From Eledone cirrhosa (taxonomy: Eukaryota), in assembly GCA_964016885.1 (NCBI GenBank), contig OZ024743.1, forward strand, positions 67,270,001 to 67,334,000: DNA of 64,000 nucleotides, given 5' to 3'. Made by a program: the position numbers and the translations under genes. Positions 1 through 14,100 of this stretch are shown piece after piece. Every line of letters begins with the position of its first letter. Within the stretch, counting starts at the first letter, position 1. The notes under the pieces are model-generated. The model ran no database searches, was not told the DNA's origin, and was given only the letters and a program-made list of their open reading frames with translations.

Positions 1-997
1 TCGCTCTCCGAGCTGCAGTCCTGGGTGAAGCAAAGACCGAGAAAACTGGGCGACTGGCACACCGAGTGTGCCCAGGCGCTCACGGCTCTCTGGCAGGTGG
101 ACCCGGCTATCGACGGAGACTCCACCTCGTCATTCTATAGAGGGCTGGTGGTTAGCGGGTGCGACGACGCCCTCGGAGAAACCCTAGGCACGGAGGAGGA
201 CGAACTGGCCAGTCTATTCGGTAGGACTTTCGGCCCGGGACCTATGGACAACTTCCAGAAGTCCTTGGCCTGGCACTGCTACCTAGGGGCGCTGCCCGTT
301 CGGGATAAGCTCTACAGACACGGGCGCCCGGGTAGGGACCCCTCGAAAAAGATCTGTCCCAGATGCGTGCGCGACGAGGAAACCGTGCGCGCACGCATTG
401 GTGCACTTCCCGGGCGTTGCCGATCTGTGGGGCTATGTCGAACAACTGCTGTCACGGGCGGGACCAATTAGGTTGACCACCGAGTCCATTGTAACGATAA
501 AGCCGCCTCCCCCTTCAAAAATGAAGGAGAGGCGGTCTTCCTCTGTGTAATAGCCATGGTAAAAGAGGCTATATGGTGGACGTGTCTGAAAGGGCTGAGG
601 TCGGACACATTTCTCTCCGGCCAACAACTGGTCCTTTTCTTCCGATACCATTTCGGAAGAAGGATCAGGATGGAGAGAGAGAGGTGCTCCACTCCAGCCA
701 GTTTTATGAAAGGTGGGTGAAAGTTGCGAGAATGGCCCGTGTGAATGGGCCTTCTCTCTACCTCAGCCTGTAGGTGGAACAGGAAGAAGGGAGCACCCTC
801 TCTTTGTGCTCCCGTGGAGAAGGGTCGCACACTTTTTTTCGGGTGTGTGTGTGACCCCAAAACGATCCCTCCCTATTGAGGACCTTCTTGTTACTATTTT
901 GTTTGTTATATTTTTCTTACTCGACTTTTATGTAAACTCCCCCCACCCATGTACATGTCCCTTTCTTTTGTGCCCTAGTGGCAAATAATCAGAAATT
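1..997 (+). mobile_element. Tx1/L1-clade LINE copy 1: 3' end of ORF2 plus 3' UTR, extending beyond the window start
   Basis: Nearly identical by eye to ~13772-14770. Encodes the CPRC-x8-H zinc-finger region with a frameshift near 388. Ends AATAATCAGAAAT and is followed by (TGTC)n. Confidence 0.95.
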
Positions 998-1407
998 TGT
1001 CTGTCTGTCTGTGTGTGTGCCCTCATTTTTGCAAAGTCTATGAAAACCCACATTTCTACTCCAATTGACTTCAAACTTGCATTTATATATTCCTTGCGGT
1101 CTAAAGATATTAGCTGTAGCTTTTTCCCCCCAATTTTCTGTTGTTAAAGGGGTGTTAGGCGCCGGTTATCCATCTCCGTCGCACTCTTATAGTATCTGTC
1201 TGTATTACGACATTCTGACGAACATTGATGACGTATTATGTTCGCTATTATCCGTTCATTGACAGGGAATGTCTTCACGAACCAAAGTATCGTCTTCCTG
1301 TTTTCCTTCGGTTTTCGAAATATTTACTTCTGCGTTCACAGATTGATGGTTTAGTTTCAGAAGAAACCGTTAAGGGTGAGAGCATCGATTCTTTGCTCAA
1401 ACTTTAA

Positions 1408-1774
1408 TCTATATATAAACTGCGAGCGAGCGAGCGTGCGTGAAACCCTAGAAGTACCCAACCGATCTTTTTCAAACTTTACATGTGTATTACTTATATT
1501 TTGAGGCGTTACGTCTAGCCGATATTTCCCGAAATTTCAAGGCACTTTATGCAGATGCAAATATTCATTTTCTTGATTCCCTAGGGACCGCATTAGGTGA
1601 AAATCTGCCTTTTTCCTGCTTCATGGAGGATAATCTTAGATTATCCAGCCATCAGAGTATTCGGTTTATTTTCTTTACCTATTGTCCAGGCATGCAGTTT
1701 TTCCACGATTAGGTCTGTTGGCGGCCCGCGTTCCAAAATACCTTATCCTGTGCAACGCCGGGTACCACTTCTAG
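1408..1774 (+). mobile_element. Non-autonomous Helitron-like element
   Basis: 5' TCTATATATAAA and 3' CCTGTGCAACGCCGGG hairpin followed by CTAG. Sits between host A and T with no TSD. Has an internal (GCGA)n microsatellite. Starts where homology of 1260-1407 to ~61700-61850 ends. Confidence 0.7.
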
Positions 1775-1804
1775 TGTGTTTATAAGAAACCACGATAATA
1801 TATA

Positions 1805-1855
<51 letters not shown>

Positions 1856-2114
1856 ATCGCCATCGATGAATGCGAGAAAGTTCTCCAGGAATCTTTAAAA
1901 ATCTTCCCACCGAAGTTAAAGGACTTACTAGATCTACCAACTCATAATATTATAATATTAAAAAATTAAATTAATTTGTTTAGAACTACAAGTGAAGTCA
2001 TTCTTTTCCTTTTTTTTTCAAATATACCTAACTGTGCCAAGGATCTCACACAATTTCCAATATATATATAGAGATAGATGTGTGCTGTAGGTAAACTAAG
2101 AGAGAGAGTCTTTG

Positions 2115-2310
2115 AATCCAGGGAACTGACCTCTGAGACTAAACATCGAGTTTATAAACAACTGTTGACTCCTGTCTTGTATGAAAGTGAAATGTGGACT
2201 GCGCATCTTTAACACATACGACTCTTAGGAACAGTTCAGCAACGACACCTTTGGTCTATTCTCAACATCAGTTTGTTCCAAACGATGGGGTACTGAAACG
2301 TGGAAAGACT
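2115..2310 (+). pseudogene. Decayed RTE-clade reverse transcriptase C-terminal fragment
   Basis: Frameshifted translation ETKHRVYKQLLTPVLYESEMWT..QQRHLWSILNIS resembles the RTE post-thumb region (LLYGxETW). Confidence 0.55.
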
Positions 2311-2439
2311 TCCAATGTTGCGGAAGACATGACTAAATATTCTGAGTATATTCTTTAGGATAGTTTTATAGGTGATTGTAGACCTGTAAAGAAACTTATA
2401 CCACAAAAGAGGATGTCCAACATGTCAAGCCCCACCCTC

Positions 2440-2690
2440 CAGCTCACCAAAATAAGGACACAAATACCGGTCGCTCTCAGAGAGGTTTGCGGTTGTACCC
2501 TTGGCAGTGGAGACTTCTGGTGTCCTCGGCCCCAGGGCCTACTCACCACCATAGGCGCTGAGCTGGCCAGCCGCATGTGTGAGCCTCGCGAGCTGGAATG
2601 GCTTTTCCAGCGCGTCCCCCTTGTGCTCCGGGGGAACACATTCTCCATTCTATCCGCTGGGGAGGAGGCCACCAATATGATTGACTGACT
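2440..2690 (+). pseudogene. CRE-like non-LTR retrotransposon, RLE C-terminal fragment
   Basis: Frameshifted translation KYRSLSERFAVVPLAVETSGVLGPRA followed by WLFQRVPLVLRGNTFSILS matches the CRE-type KY/P-x-A-x-ET-x-G/LFQR..RGN ending. Confidence 0.7.
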
Positions 2691-3268
2691 TGTCATTTTA
2701 TCAGTCATATGTTCTAATGATTCTAACAACCTTACCTGGAATTGTGCCACGGAGGCTCAAATGCCATGGTCACTTTTGACCGGAGGGGCTTTTACCCTTT
2801 ACAAGCCATACACTGTCTGGCCAGTCAACCTCTACAAACGGTTTCTATCTACTCAGTCAACATCTACACACTGTATCAATATATCCAGTCAACATCTACA
2901 CACTGTGAATATATCCAGTCAATACCAGGACACGATCAAGAATAGTTTGAGGAAATGTAATATTCTTCACAGCTGGGGACAGTATGTTGATGACAGACCT
3001 ATATGGTAAAAGCTAATCGGTAAAGTAAACAGCGATATGGAAAACCAAGTAGGAGAAAAAGACACAAATAGAAAAAGATAGATGGTTCATTATAGCAGTC
3101 GATCTGGCTGCTATTGTGTCGTTTCACTGTCCTGATACTAATAGGGCCTTTTATTAAAACTGGAATGGCTGATTATATATTTAGCTGACACTCATCTTGT
3201 GAACTGTGTGTTGCCCGTATCGGGACTCAGATGCAAGAGACTTCCGTGGAGAGTTTTGTACCTAAAAT

Positions 3269-3338
<70 letters not shown>

Positions 3339-3577
3339 CTGAAAAAATGAAACGAAACGTACTATGTACGTATGGTGAATCCATACGTACATATATATAT
3401 GTGCCTGTATACATACTACTGTACGCCTGTATACATATATGTATGTACGTATACATACTTATATATATGTATATATATATATTAAATACAATGCGCTTAT
3501 ATATTCTCAATGTGCTTCGCAAATCTCAAATTGAGTTTAGGATAAACCCCGGAATGCATGCAGTACGAGGATTGACC

Positions 3578-3905
3578 ATCAGACTCAGACGCTCCCGCGT
3601 CTTGGGACGCATGAGGCAATCATAGTGTTCCACCGCGTTCGGTCAGCAGCCAGATGCACAGCGTCCCGCCATTGTTTGTTTGTCGCTCGCTGGTCCCTCT
3701 CAACTGTCTGGCGCCAGTTCATTTTGGGTCGCCCTCTCCGTCTGCTTCCCTGTGGCTTTTATTTAAGTACTTGGTTCGCCAGTCTCTCCGGGGGACGTCT
3801 CAAAGCGTGCCCAAACCAGCCCAGGCGTCGCTTGCAGATGGCAGAAGAGACTAGCTGCTGGTTGGTGCGGTTCCTGACTTCCTGGTTTGTAACAATTGAC
3901 CATGA
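3578..3905 (-). mobile_element. RTE-clade LINE 3' end
   Basis: TNQEVRNRT..KRRLGWFGHALRR..G(S)RRRGRPKMNW..LAADRTRW is a typical RTE C-terminus. A short (GTCTGA)n tail follows. Confidence 0.85.
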
Positions 3906-3961
3906 AACCACAAAAAAAACGCGAAGGCAACACAGCCTTGCCTGTGCACATGTATAAACTA

Positions 3962-4007
<46 letters not shown>

Positions 4008-4989
4008 AAAATGTGACAGTCGAGAGTACGAGTTATGCACCTGTACATGTCACTGTTTTAAGTTTCGTTGGGTTGTTCACCCCAACTCATTCAGCCTGAG
4101 TGCCCTTACCCTTGGATATTTGTACTACAGTCTCTCTCCCTCTCTCTCTCTCTATATATATATATATACACATATATTTATGTGTATGTGTGTGTGGTGT
4201 GTATCTGTATACACACACACATATAGATACATGTATTTATATACATGTGGGTAACTATGTATCTCTCTCTCTCGACACACACACACACACACAAACATTA
4301 TATATGTACTTATACATTCATATTAATTACACAAAAACTCGTATATGTGTATATGAACATTCAGGTTTATATGTGTGTGAATACATATATACATATATAT
4401 ATGCGTGTGTGCATATACATGCGCATAATATACATACATATTGTTATACAAATTCCACATATGTCCAGAATACACCACCACAAACATACCCTCACACATA
4501 AATCTATGCATTCACATAATCTACACATTCATATATATATTGCACAGTTTCCATTTTTTTTCTGCATATATCCATGAACATGTATAAGTTAATTAAATTG
4601 CTTAGCAACAGTAGTGTGTGCTGATCCAGCGTGTAACTGTGGGGAACCCTCTATTGTGTCAAACTTGTTGAACACGCCAAGCTTCATACATCATGTAAAC
4701 ATTTATATATGCATTGAACAGAGCTCAGTATACACACATAGTCATGTAAATAGAGGCGTGCTCGTGTGCGCACACACACACACACGCACACACACGCACA
4801 TACATACATATATACTATCAATAACAGGGACTTTTGCATACTACGACACAGACACATATACCAATTTCCACACGCGCCTCCCACACACAAAATACACACA
4901 CACACACATATATATATATATACACACACACATATATATATACATATATACAGACATATATATATATATATATAGATATATACACTCAT

Positions 4990-5023
4990 TATAGATATAT
5001 ATATATATACGTTCACAATCACG

Positions 5024-5054
<31 letters not shown>

Positions 5055-5250
5055 TCCACCATTCAGGCATACAGAGGCACATAAATACACACATATTCAT
5101 ATAAACAAATATATTCAAATATATACACGAGGTTGGGGATATACACACACACACACACACACACACATAAGTACTTCCAAAACATAAATACACACAGATT
5201 GACAGACTCACACACATATACAAATAGGTTCACAATCACGTATACACTCT

Positions 5251-5302
<52 letters not shown>

Positions 5303-5532
5303 CACAAATAAATAGGTTCATAATCACGTATAGACTCACACATTTGTACACACACATATATACAAATACGTTCACAATCACGTATACTCATACATTTGTA
5401 CACACACACACACACATATATATATACAAATAGGTTCACAATCACGTATACACTCATACATTTGTACACACACACATATACGCATAGGTTCACAATCACG
5501 TAAACACTCACATATTTGTACACACACATATA

Positions 5533-5570
<38 letters not shown>

Positions 5571-5640
5571 AATACGTTCACAATCACACATTTGTGCACA
5601 CACATATACAAATAGGTTCACACACGCGGATACACTCACA
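4990..5640. repeat. Degenerate compound minisatellite (AGGTTCACAATCACGTATACACTCA core with CA/TA spacers)
   Basis: The core recurs about 8 times with variable microsatellite spacers. Confidence 0.85.
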
Positions 5641-5953
5641 TATACAACTACGTTAAAAAAAATCACGCGAATACACGCACATTTGCACACGTATGGAAGT
5701 ACATTCACGAATAGGAATACGCACATACATTTGCACATACTTACATATATAACCACAACCGTATTATACACAAACACATTAGCACACACATATACAATAT
5801 CTACATTATACTATTGATTTATACGGCTTAATATCTTCATCTTTACATTCATTCATAGACATTCATGCAAGTAGTGTAGCCCGATATGTAAATAAAAATT
5901 CGTATATATATTTTTGTAGGCGTATACACACACACGCATATATATATATATAT

Positions 5954-6080
5954 ATAGGAAAAAGTATGACCCCGACGGCAGAGCTCAAGCCGTTTCGACG
6001 GCTATTTCTGGACTATTTGAGTCCAGAAATAGCCGCCGAAACGGCTTGAGCACTGCCGTCGGAGTCATACTTTTTCCTAT
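5954..6080. repeat. Near-perfect palindrome: 61-bp arms, 5-nt loop
   Basis: 5954-6014 is the reverse complement of 6020-6080 with 3 mismatches. The loop is ATTTG. Confidence 0.95.
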
Positions 6081-6677
6081 TTCCTACTCTACTACCCTAA
6101 GTATTGAGCACTCTAGTGCGTTATGGTCCATCTGCTTCCTTTCCACAATTCCTTTGTTATATATATATATATATGCATGCATGTGTTTGTATATATAAAT
6201 ATATACATACATATATGTCTGTATATATAAATATATACATACATATATGTCTGTATATATGCATACATGCACATACATATATATGCATACATAAAAAAAA
6301 ATCACACATACATACACAAATATATATATGTATGTGTGAGAGAGCTTTTTTGCTTGTATATGAATAAATGTAGTTGTATATATATAGACATTACTAAACA
6401 TAATCCCATACACACATGTATGTCTATGTACGTACGTATGTAATTATTTCTACATGAATGTATCTACGCAGTGATGAAATGTTTGTATAATTCAGAAGCA
6501 GGATTCTGCCTCTGTAATCGAATACATTGTTCGATATCAAATAACAACGGATCGAAGTTAATTAACTGCTGTGTATATATATATATGAAATAATAATTCG
6601 GTCCATCTCTGTGTTTTTCTCTCGTCTTCCCTATCCCTCCATTCATCTCACTTATTATCCATCTAATTTCTCTGTTT

Positions 6678-7220
6678 TATATATATACATATATACATAC
6701 ATACATACACACATATATACACACACATATACATATACACACACATATATACATATATATATATACACACATATATATATACACACATATACATATATAT
6801 ATATATACACACACATATACATATACATATATATATACACACATATACATATATATACACACACATATACATATACATATATATATACACACATATACAT
6901 ATACATATATATATACACACATATACATATATATATACACACATATACATATACACATATATATACACACATATACATATACACACACATATACATATAC
7001 ACACACATATACACACACATATACATATACACACACATATACACATACATATATATACACACACATATACATATATATACACACACATATACATATATAT
7101 ACACACACATATACATATATATACCCACACATATACATATATATACACACACACACACACATATATACACACACACACACACATATATACACACACACAC
7201 ACATATATACACACACACAC

Positions 7221-7275
<55 letters not shown>

Positions 7276-7330
7276 CACACACACACATATATATATACAC
7301 ACACATATATATATATATACACACACATAA
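6678..7330. repeat. Compound (TA)n/(CA)n microsatellite
   Basis: Direct inspection. The overlapping Y/I/T/H ORFs are artefacts. Confidence 0.97.
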
Positions 7331-8856
7331 ATACCTACTTATACACATACATACTGGTATATATAAATATATGTATATCATGCATATGATATATTGCATA
7401 TATGTAAAGATGGCTGCATACATTTTTTTCTTTTTAAATATGCATTACTAAAATCAGAAAATTGCGTCTTAACGTTTTCATTTCCCTTTATTCGTCTCTT
7501 CTATTTTGTTTCTATTATATTTCCGAGATCCACGCTTATTCAGTATCTCGACTGTGTTATCGTATGGATGAAATGCTGGTTTTTATCATAATTGATATCA
7601 CACGAATCATGTTATTCCTCCTTTACAGTCTTTATATCCAGACATCTATATTTATATTATGATTGGTTGAATAAATCTAACGTCAATAGAGACATTTTTG
7701 ATTTCATATTTACTCTTACATTCTAACTTGTTGCCAGAGCCGGTGCCTTGAGTATTTACCTCAGATGGCTAGGCTTAAAATATGAGCCTTATTCTTCCAA
7801 ATAAATAGTTTCAAATTACTATTTCGTAAATCGACGAGTCAGCTTTTTGACATATCTTTACTCTGACCACATTAAAAAGAATTAATAAGCATGTATTTCC
7901 CCACTACTCAGTCGCACAATATTGGGTGACAAGTTATAAAATCTTACGACCCTCTCTACCTCTCCCGCATAGCAACGTTGTGTAAGTATCCAACCATATT
8001 CTCCGATCAATAAATAAATCGCTAAATATTATAATATACAAATTCGTATAATTAAATAAATTATAAAACTGTTATTGGTCGAGTGTTCTTCTTTGTGGAT
8101 GGATAATGCTTGTTGGTAGCCAAGGCTGGATTTAATCGGGTGCAAATTGAGCAATTGCCACGGCTTCCCTGCAGTGAAGAAGCCTCACCATTGACGGCCG
8201 TACCGGCTTATTTGTGCCCTCAGGATTTTAATGAGAACGGGCGCCACTATCAGTCTAATTCTTTAATTCTTATCCATTCGATAGCGTTGTAATTTTGAAA
8301 TTATATTAGAAGTAATTATATAAAAAATGTGTGGTTTACAAATTATTTGCTCATCACTTAATGTTAAGTCATGGCTTCGATTCCTGACGTGGATTGTGCG
8401 TTGTGTTCTTCAGTAAGACACTTTTCATTTGAACAACATCAAATATAACGTATTATCTACATGAGTTGAAACCTCATGGGAAGTCTACAGATCATGTATA
8501 GGTGTGAGCTGTAAATTACATTTTCAATATTTTGTTATGGAAAATGTAATTTATTTCGTGTAGTTAAAGTAAAGCGACGGATGATATCTTATATAGGCAT
8601 AGAACCAGATCTTTTGAGGGAAGGATATCGACCATAAGTTTGATCACACTACTTGATTGGCACATATATTAATCGACTCAAGAGGGATTAAAAGCAAAGA
8701 AGACCCCTACCGAGATTTGAATCTGATCCCAAATAAATACCACAAGGGATTTGTACTCATGCTCTAGCGATTCTGACAACAAAACACCTTCCGGTGAGAA
8801 GTATTAATTCATACTGTTCGGTGATATACATCGACACGCACACGTGTGTGTGTATG

Positions 8857-8888
<32 letters not shown>

Positions 8889-8892
8889 TATT

Positions 8893-9150
8893 GTTACAGC
8901 TCACGCCTATGCAGGTTTAGCTGGCCTCCTCTAAGGTATATCTGGTTGGAGGTATATCTGGTTGGAGGTCTCTTGGGTGATTTAGTGAGAGGGATCCCAT
9001 TCCTATCATCTCATTAGAGCTGAGTAAACTGAGCAACGTGAAATAAAGTGTCTTGCTCAAGGAAACAACACATCAACCGGTCCTAGAATTGAACTCACAA
9101 CCTTTTGATTGCAAGCCCAATGCTCTAACCACTAAGTCATGCACCTTCAC
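8893..9150 (-). mobile_element. tRNA-derived SINE, family A
   Basis: Minus-strand A box (TGACTTAGTGGTTAGAGC) and B box (GAGTTCAATTC), plus core CCTTGAGCAAGACACTT. Homologous to 23395-23630 and 62178-62385. Confidence 0.85.
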
Positions 9151-9338
9151 ACTCTGTCTGTCTGAGGATAGTAGACGTGTTTCATATCGCTCTGTGATTC
9201 GGAATTTTACCTGCTATATTTGTGAGTGAATTTTTTTGAATTATTTTGTATCATTAACTCTAACCCCTAGTCTGGGACTATAGACGTAGGGTAATTATAT
9301 TTTCACCCCTTTTGGGGTGAAAAATAATTAAGTCAAAA

Positions 9339-11086
9339 ATGTTTATCGATATCGTTGATAACGATATCGTCGAAAACGATATCGCCATATTGGAAGCGAA
9401 CGCCACGCCTACCAAAAAAACAAGCGGGAAAGAGGAAACAACAGTTCAAACTGTTGAACAGCCCCTCCTCTCCAATGAAAAAAAAAAGAATATTAATTCA
9501 AATAAAAAACTTAATTTTGAAGAAAAAAATAACACCACAAATAAGGAAACCAACAACATTACAACAACAAACAAAGACAACATTTATTTTGCCCAAACAC
9601 TCAGGAGAGCCACGGAATACAAAGCCATAGACATCACGAACGCCAAGGAAAATTTGCTAGAGGCTAGAAAATACGTATCTTTTGGGGAAGATGGTTCTTT
9701 TACGATCAACTCCCCAGAAGAAGTGCGTCAACAGATTTACAATAATACCGTAACCTACAGAACCATAACCAACGAAACGAGAAAGCCAGCGCAATTGACC
9801 GAAAGTCAAATTGAGCTGGTTTTGAAAGACATTAAAAAGGACATACTCTTTATTCAAAAAGGAAAGCTGTATGCCAGCATTATGGTCCGAACGAAGGACG
9901 AAATGCTGGCTCAGAAATATTCGGTGGCACCTATAGTGTCACCCCAATACACCTTCTTCCCCACATATAAAGGAAGAAGAACACAAAGGATAAGAATGTG
10001 GAGCCCTACGCCAGAAATTAACATCTGGTCCGTCCTAACAGGATTTACCGACCTAGATAAGGACATACTCATTTCAGCAGGGGAGTCCACCAGTGGACTG
10101 TTCGGGGGGAAAAGTCTGGAGGTTCTCTTAAAGATGACACCTGAGAGAATCTCCGGAATACCCGACCGAGTGCTACTGGATGGGCGAACCTTCATAAATA
10201 TCACAGTGGAAGGCAGGAGACCCTCATGTTACCACTGCGCTGGCAGAGGTCACCTGAGGACGGCCTGCCCTCTACTAACAAGAAAAAAAACCACTGCTAC
10301 AAACACCACAACAACAACAAAAACAACCAGCACCACCATCACAAAAACAACAAAATACACTACCATCACCACCAGAACGACAACAAAAACCAACAACACC
10401 ACCACCACAACAACAACATCAACAACAGCTCAAGAAAACAACCCAAAACACGGTCCCACCCAGCCCCTCCCCACAGAACACAAATACCAAAACACACGCA
10501 GTTCATACACAACCCGGAGATATACCCCTCCCCTCCAATACGGAAGAGGAGCTCATATCGTCGGAAGACGAGGGGGCTCCCTTCCAAGAAGTGAAAAGAA
10601 AAAAACGTACACACCACACAAACAAAAATAACCCCACCTGACAACACAACACAGACAATAAAACGCAAACTCACTCAACAACAACAAGCAAAAACAAACA
10701 CAACACCACAAAAACTCTACACATACATAAACAAAAACAATAAAAACCTAACTGAAAAAATAGAAAACAACCCTTCGATACAAACCGAAGGGCCGAATTT
10801 CGTAACGGCAATGGGGCTCCCTAACCTGAAAATCCCACTTGAGATTTTCAAAACTTTGAAAGACATTTAACCTGAGGCCGTGGGCCCACCCTGCACCAGG
10901 CCACTCAAACGCGTCCTCCTGAAAGGTTTTCCCCTCCCCTCCTCAAACACCCACACAACTCCAAAGATCCCAACCCCTCCACACACTAATACCCCCACAC
11001 CACCACAAACCACCACCCCACCCATCAACCCCTCCACCAGCCCCATGGAAACTGAGCGGCCCGAACCCCGGGACACAGAGAGGTAA
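9339..11086 (+). CDS. LINE ORF1 nucleic-acid-binding protein with CCHC zinc knuckle (frameshifted)
   Basis: CYHCAGRGHLRTAC fits C-x2-C-x4-H-x4-C. Comparison with copies 3-5 indicates the ancestral frame continues (IPLPSNTEEELISSEDE...GPPCTRPLKRVLLKGFP) to TAA 11084-11086, with frameshifts near the A-run at 10283 and near 10830. Confidence 0.85.
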
Positions 11087-11109
11087 GTGCCTCTTTCTTT
11101 GCCACCAAC

Positions 11110-14100
11110 ATGGCTGTCTTAAGAGTAGGTTGTCTAAATGCGCGTGGCCTGGGCTCACCTTGGAAGCAAGCTAAACTTCTAAGTGACCTCAGGTCACAAT
11201 GTATAAATGTGATGGTTATTTGCGAGGCCCGGATCAGCAGCATGCGACAGCTAGCCCCCACCTTTGATGACTTTGAGATGCACGCATCTCTCTGTCAGCA
11301 CGGAGGTGGGGGTGGGGTTGTCGTTTTGCTGCAAAAACATCTGGGTCTCGCTACACAGACGGTACACTTGGACCCGGAGGGTCGACTCGTGGTTCTGGAC
11401 CTTGGCAATGGTGAAGGCGAAATATTTAGGCTAGTCGCCGTATACGCCGCTTTTGGGGCAATGCGGTCGGACTTCTTCCATCGTCTGGAGACTTTTCTAG
11501 GGACGTCCCGCTCCTTGCTTTTAGTGGGGGACTGGAATGGTATCCTAGATGCACGTTGGGACTATGTAGGGGCATGTCCCGATAGAGGGGGGTGTAACAG
11601 CCTTAAGGGGTTAATCGGCCGATTCGAACTGGCCGATAGATACCGACTAGATTTTCCGACTGTACCAACCTGGACCTGGTCAAATAACAGTGGTCAATCT
11701 AGATCGTACCTAGATAGGTTCTTAGTTAGAATTAAGGATAGGGACTTTTTAAGTTGTCCAGAAATGTTCATGGTGGGCTATTCAGACCACGAGTTAGTGA
11801 CCTGCGTAGTCCACCTTGATAGAACGCATAGGCAGGGGCCCGGGTACTGGAAGCTCAACTTGTCCTTACCGGCAAGTAGAGCTTACAGGGACCGGATTAG
11901 AACCTTAGTTAAGGAGCGGTTGACGGGCGCCATCGTCAACAACAGGTGGTGGGGCTCTCTAAAAAGAGAGATTAGAGTAGTTTCAATAGGAGTTAGTAAG
12001 GAGTTAGCCTCAGATAGAAATAGGAAGGAAAGGGAGTTGGTAGTTAATGTTGAAGAGGCAATGAGAAGCGGCAACGTGGCCAGAGTGCAAGCGTCGAGAA
12101 CGGTCTTGAACCAGTTCTTCGACGCGAAACACGAAGGTTGCGTTGTCCGAAGCAAAATACGTGCTCTGGGAAACGAGGGGACCAACGCTGTTAGCTGGGC
12201 CCGCGTGACAGAAGCGAAAAGTGGGATTAAATCCACTATCCGGTCTTTGCGAGACCAGGATGGACGGGTGATCCTTGAACCTAAGCAAATGTGCGAGGCC
12301 TTTCAAAAGCACTTTGCCCAATTGTTCGGGAGGGGCGGGGGGGGGGGGGGGGCGGTTGGAGATGTGGATTTCGGTCCATACCTCGACGGCCTGCCGCGTC
12401 TTTCGGACAGGGAGGCGAGTTCTTGCGACGGGCCGATCTCAGCAGCTGAAATAGGGGACGTGCTGAGCCTATGCGGCAAACGCAAATCTCCAGGACTCGA
12501 TGGTCTGCCCTACGAACTATATATTAATATGCCGGACTTGTTCCCCGATCTCCTCGAGGCGGTCTACTGCAACTGGCAACAGAACGGGAGAATTCCCTGT
12601 TCTGTGACCAAGGGCGTAGTCTCGCTAGTGAGGAAGGACGAGAACAAGGGGGATGACATTAGTAATTTTAGGCCCATAACTCTGCTAAATGCAGAGTTAA
12701 AGATTTTGGCGAAGAGGTTGGCGCTTGTCGTGGGAGGCCTGGTGGGAGATGCGCAGACATGCGCTATCCCGTCCAGGTCCATCCACGACAACCTCCACCT
12801 CATGCGATACATCATAGAGAGGGTTGGGAACGAACCCGGCTTTGGTGGGGCCCTGATAAATTTAGATCAGTCTAAAGCGTTCGATAGGGTGGACCATGGT
12901 TACCTGGATGCGGTGCTAGCGGCGGCTGGGTTCGGACCCGTTTTCAGGGGCTGGATCACTGCCATGCACAGCAGCCGCATCTGCTCTAGAGTGAAGGTGA
13001 ACGGCTACCTTTCGGAGCCGTTCGAAATCACCCGCTCCATCCGACAGGGGTGCCCTCTCTCCTCCCTTCTGTATGTATTGGCTCTCGAGCCATTACTGCG
13101 GAAGTTGGAGTTGTTGCAGGGCATCCCTTTGGAACCGGGATTGCGCAAAGCGGTGTCGGCCTACGCCGATGACGTAACAGTAATGGTGTCGACCACCTCG
13201 GAAATCGAGGCAATCGGCATCTTACTAGAGGAGTACGAAAGGTTGACAGGGGCTAAGCTGAACCGGGACAAGTCAGTCGCTTTGCAACTCGGCGAGTGGA
13301 GGGGCAAAGCGATGTCGTGCGACGGTATCGTCGGACGGTGGACGGAGGGCCCGGTGAAGTTGCTTGGGGTCTGGTTCGGACCGGACCTCCAGGTGGAGAA
13401 AAACTGGGATGAGGTGACGAATAGGGTGTTTGCACTGACCCAGAAGTGGGCCGAGTGCAAACTATCCCTAAAAGGTCGGGCGGAGGTAGCGAACGCTTAC
13501 ATAGCGTCCGTCATCTATTACCGCTTGACTGTCATGCCTTGCCCGGGTGAGATCCTCGCCAAAATGGAGCGCGCCCTCTTTTATTTCCTTTGGAAGAAGA
13601 GGTCTCCTCTGGTGAGGAGATCCATCTGCTGTCAACACCCTTTGAAAGGAGGGCTGGGGATGCCGTGGCTAAAAATGCGTAAACACGCATTGAGGCTAAG
13701 GCACCTCCACGTATTCCTCACCGGTCAACCGGTGTGGGCCCCGTTTGTGAGGCGAGCCTTCCCGAGGCTCGTCTCGCTCACCGAGCTGCAGTCCTGGGTG
13801 AAGCAAAGACCGAGAAAACTGGGCGACTGGCACACCGAGTGTGCCCAGGCGCTCACAGCTCTCTGGCAGGCGGACCCGGCTGTCGACGGGGACTCCACCT
13901 CGTCATTCTATAGAGGGCTGGTGGTTAGCGGGTGCGACGACGCCCTCGGAGAAGCCCTAGGCATGGAGGAGGACGAACTGGCCAGTCTATTCGGTAGGAC
14001 TTTCGGCCCGGGACCTATGGACAACTTCCAGAAGTCCTTGGCCTGGCAGTGCTACCTAGGGACTCTGCCCGTTCGGGATAAGCTCTACAGACACGGGCGC

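Noticed and set aside
3192-7423. Numerous Y/I/C/V/H/T-rich ORFs here and at 24-29 kb, 37-38 kb and 61-63 kb
   Set aside because: Translations of (TA)n and (CA)n microsatellites.
10290-10631. Thr-rich mucin-like tail of the annotated 430-aa ORF1
   Set aside because: Out-of-frame reading after an A-run slip. Copies 3-5 support the Pro/Gln-rich frame.
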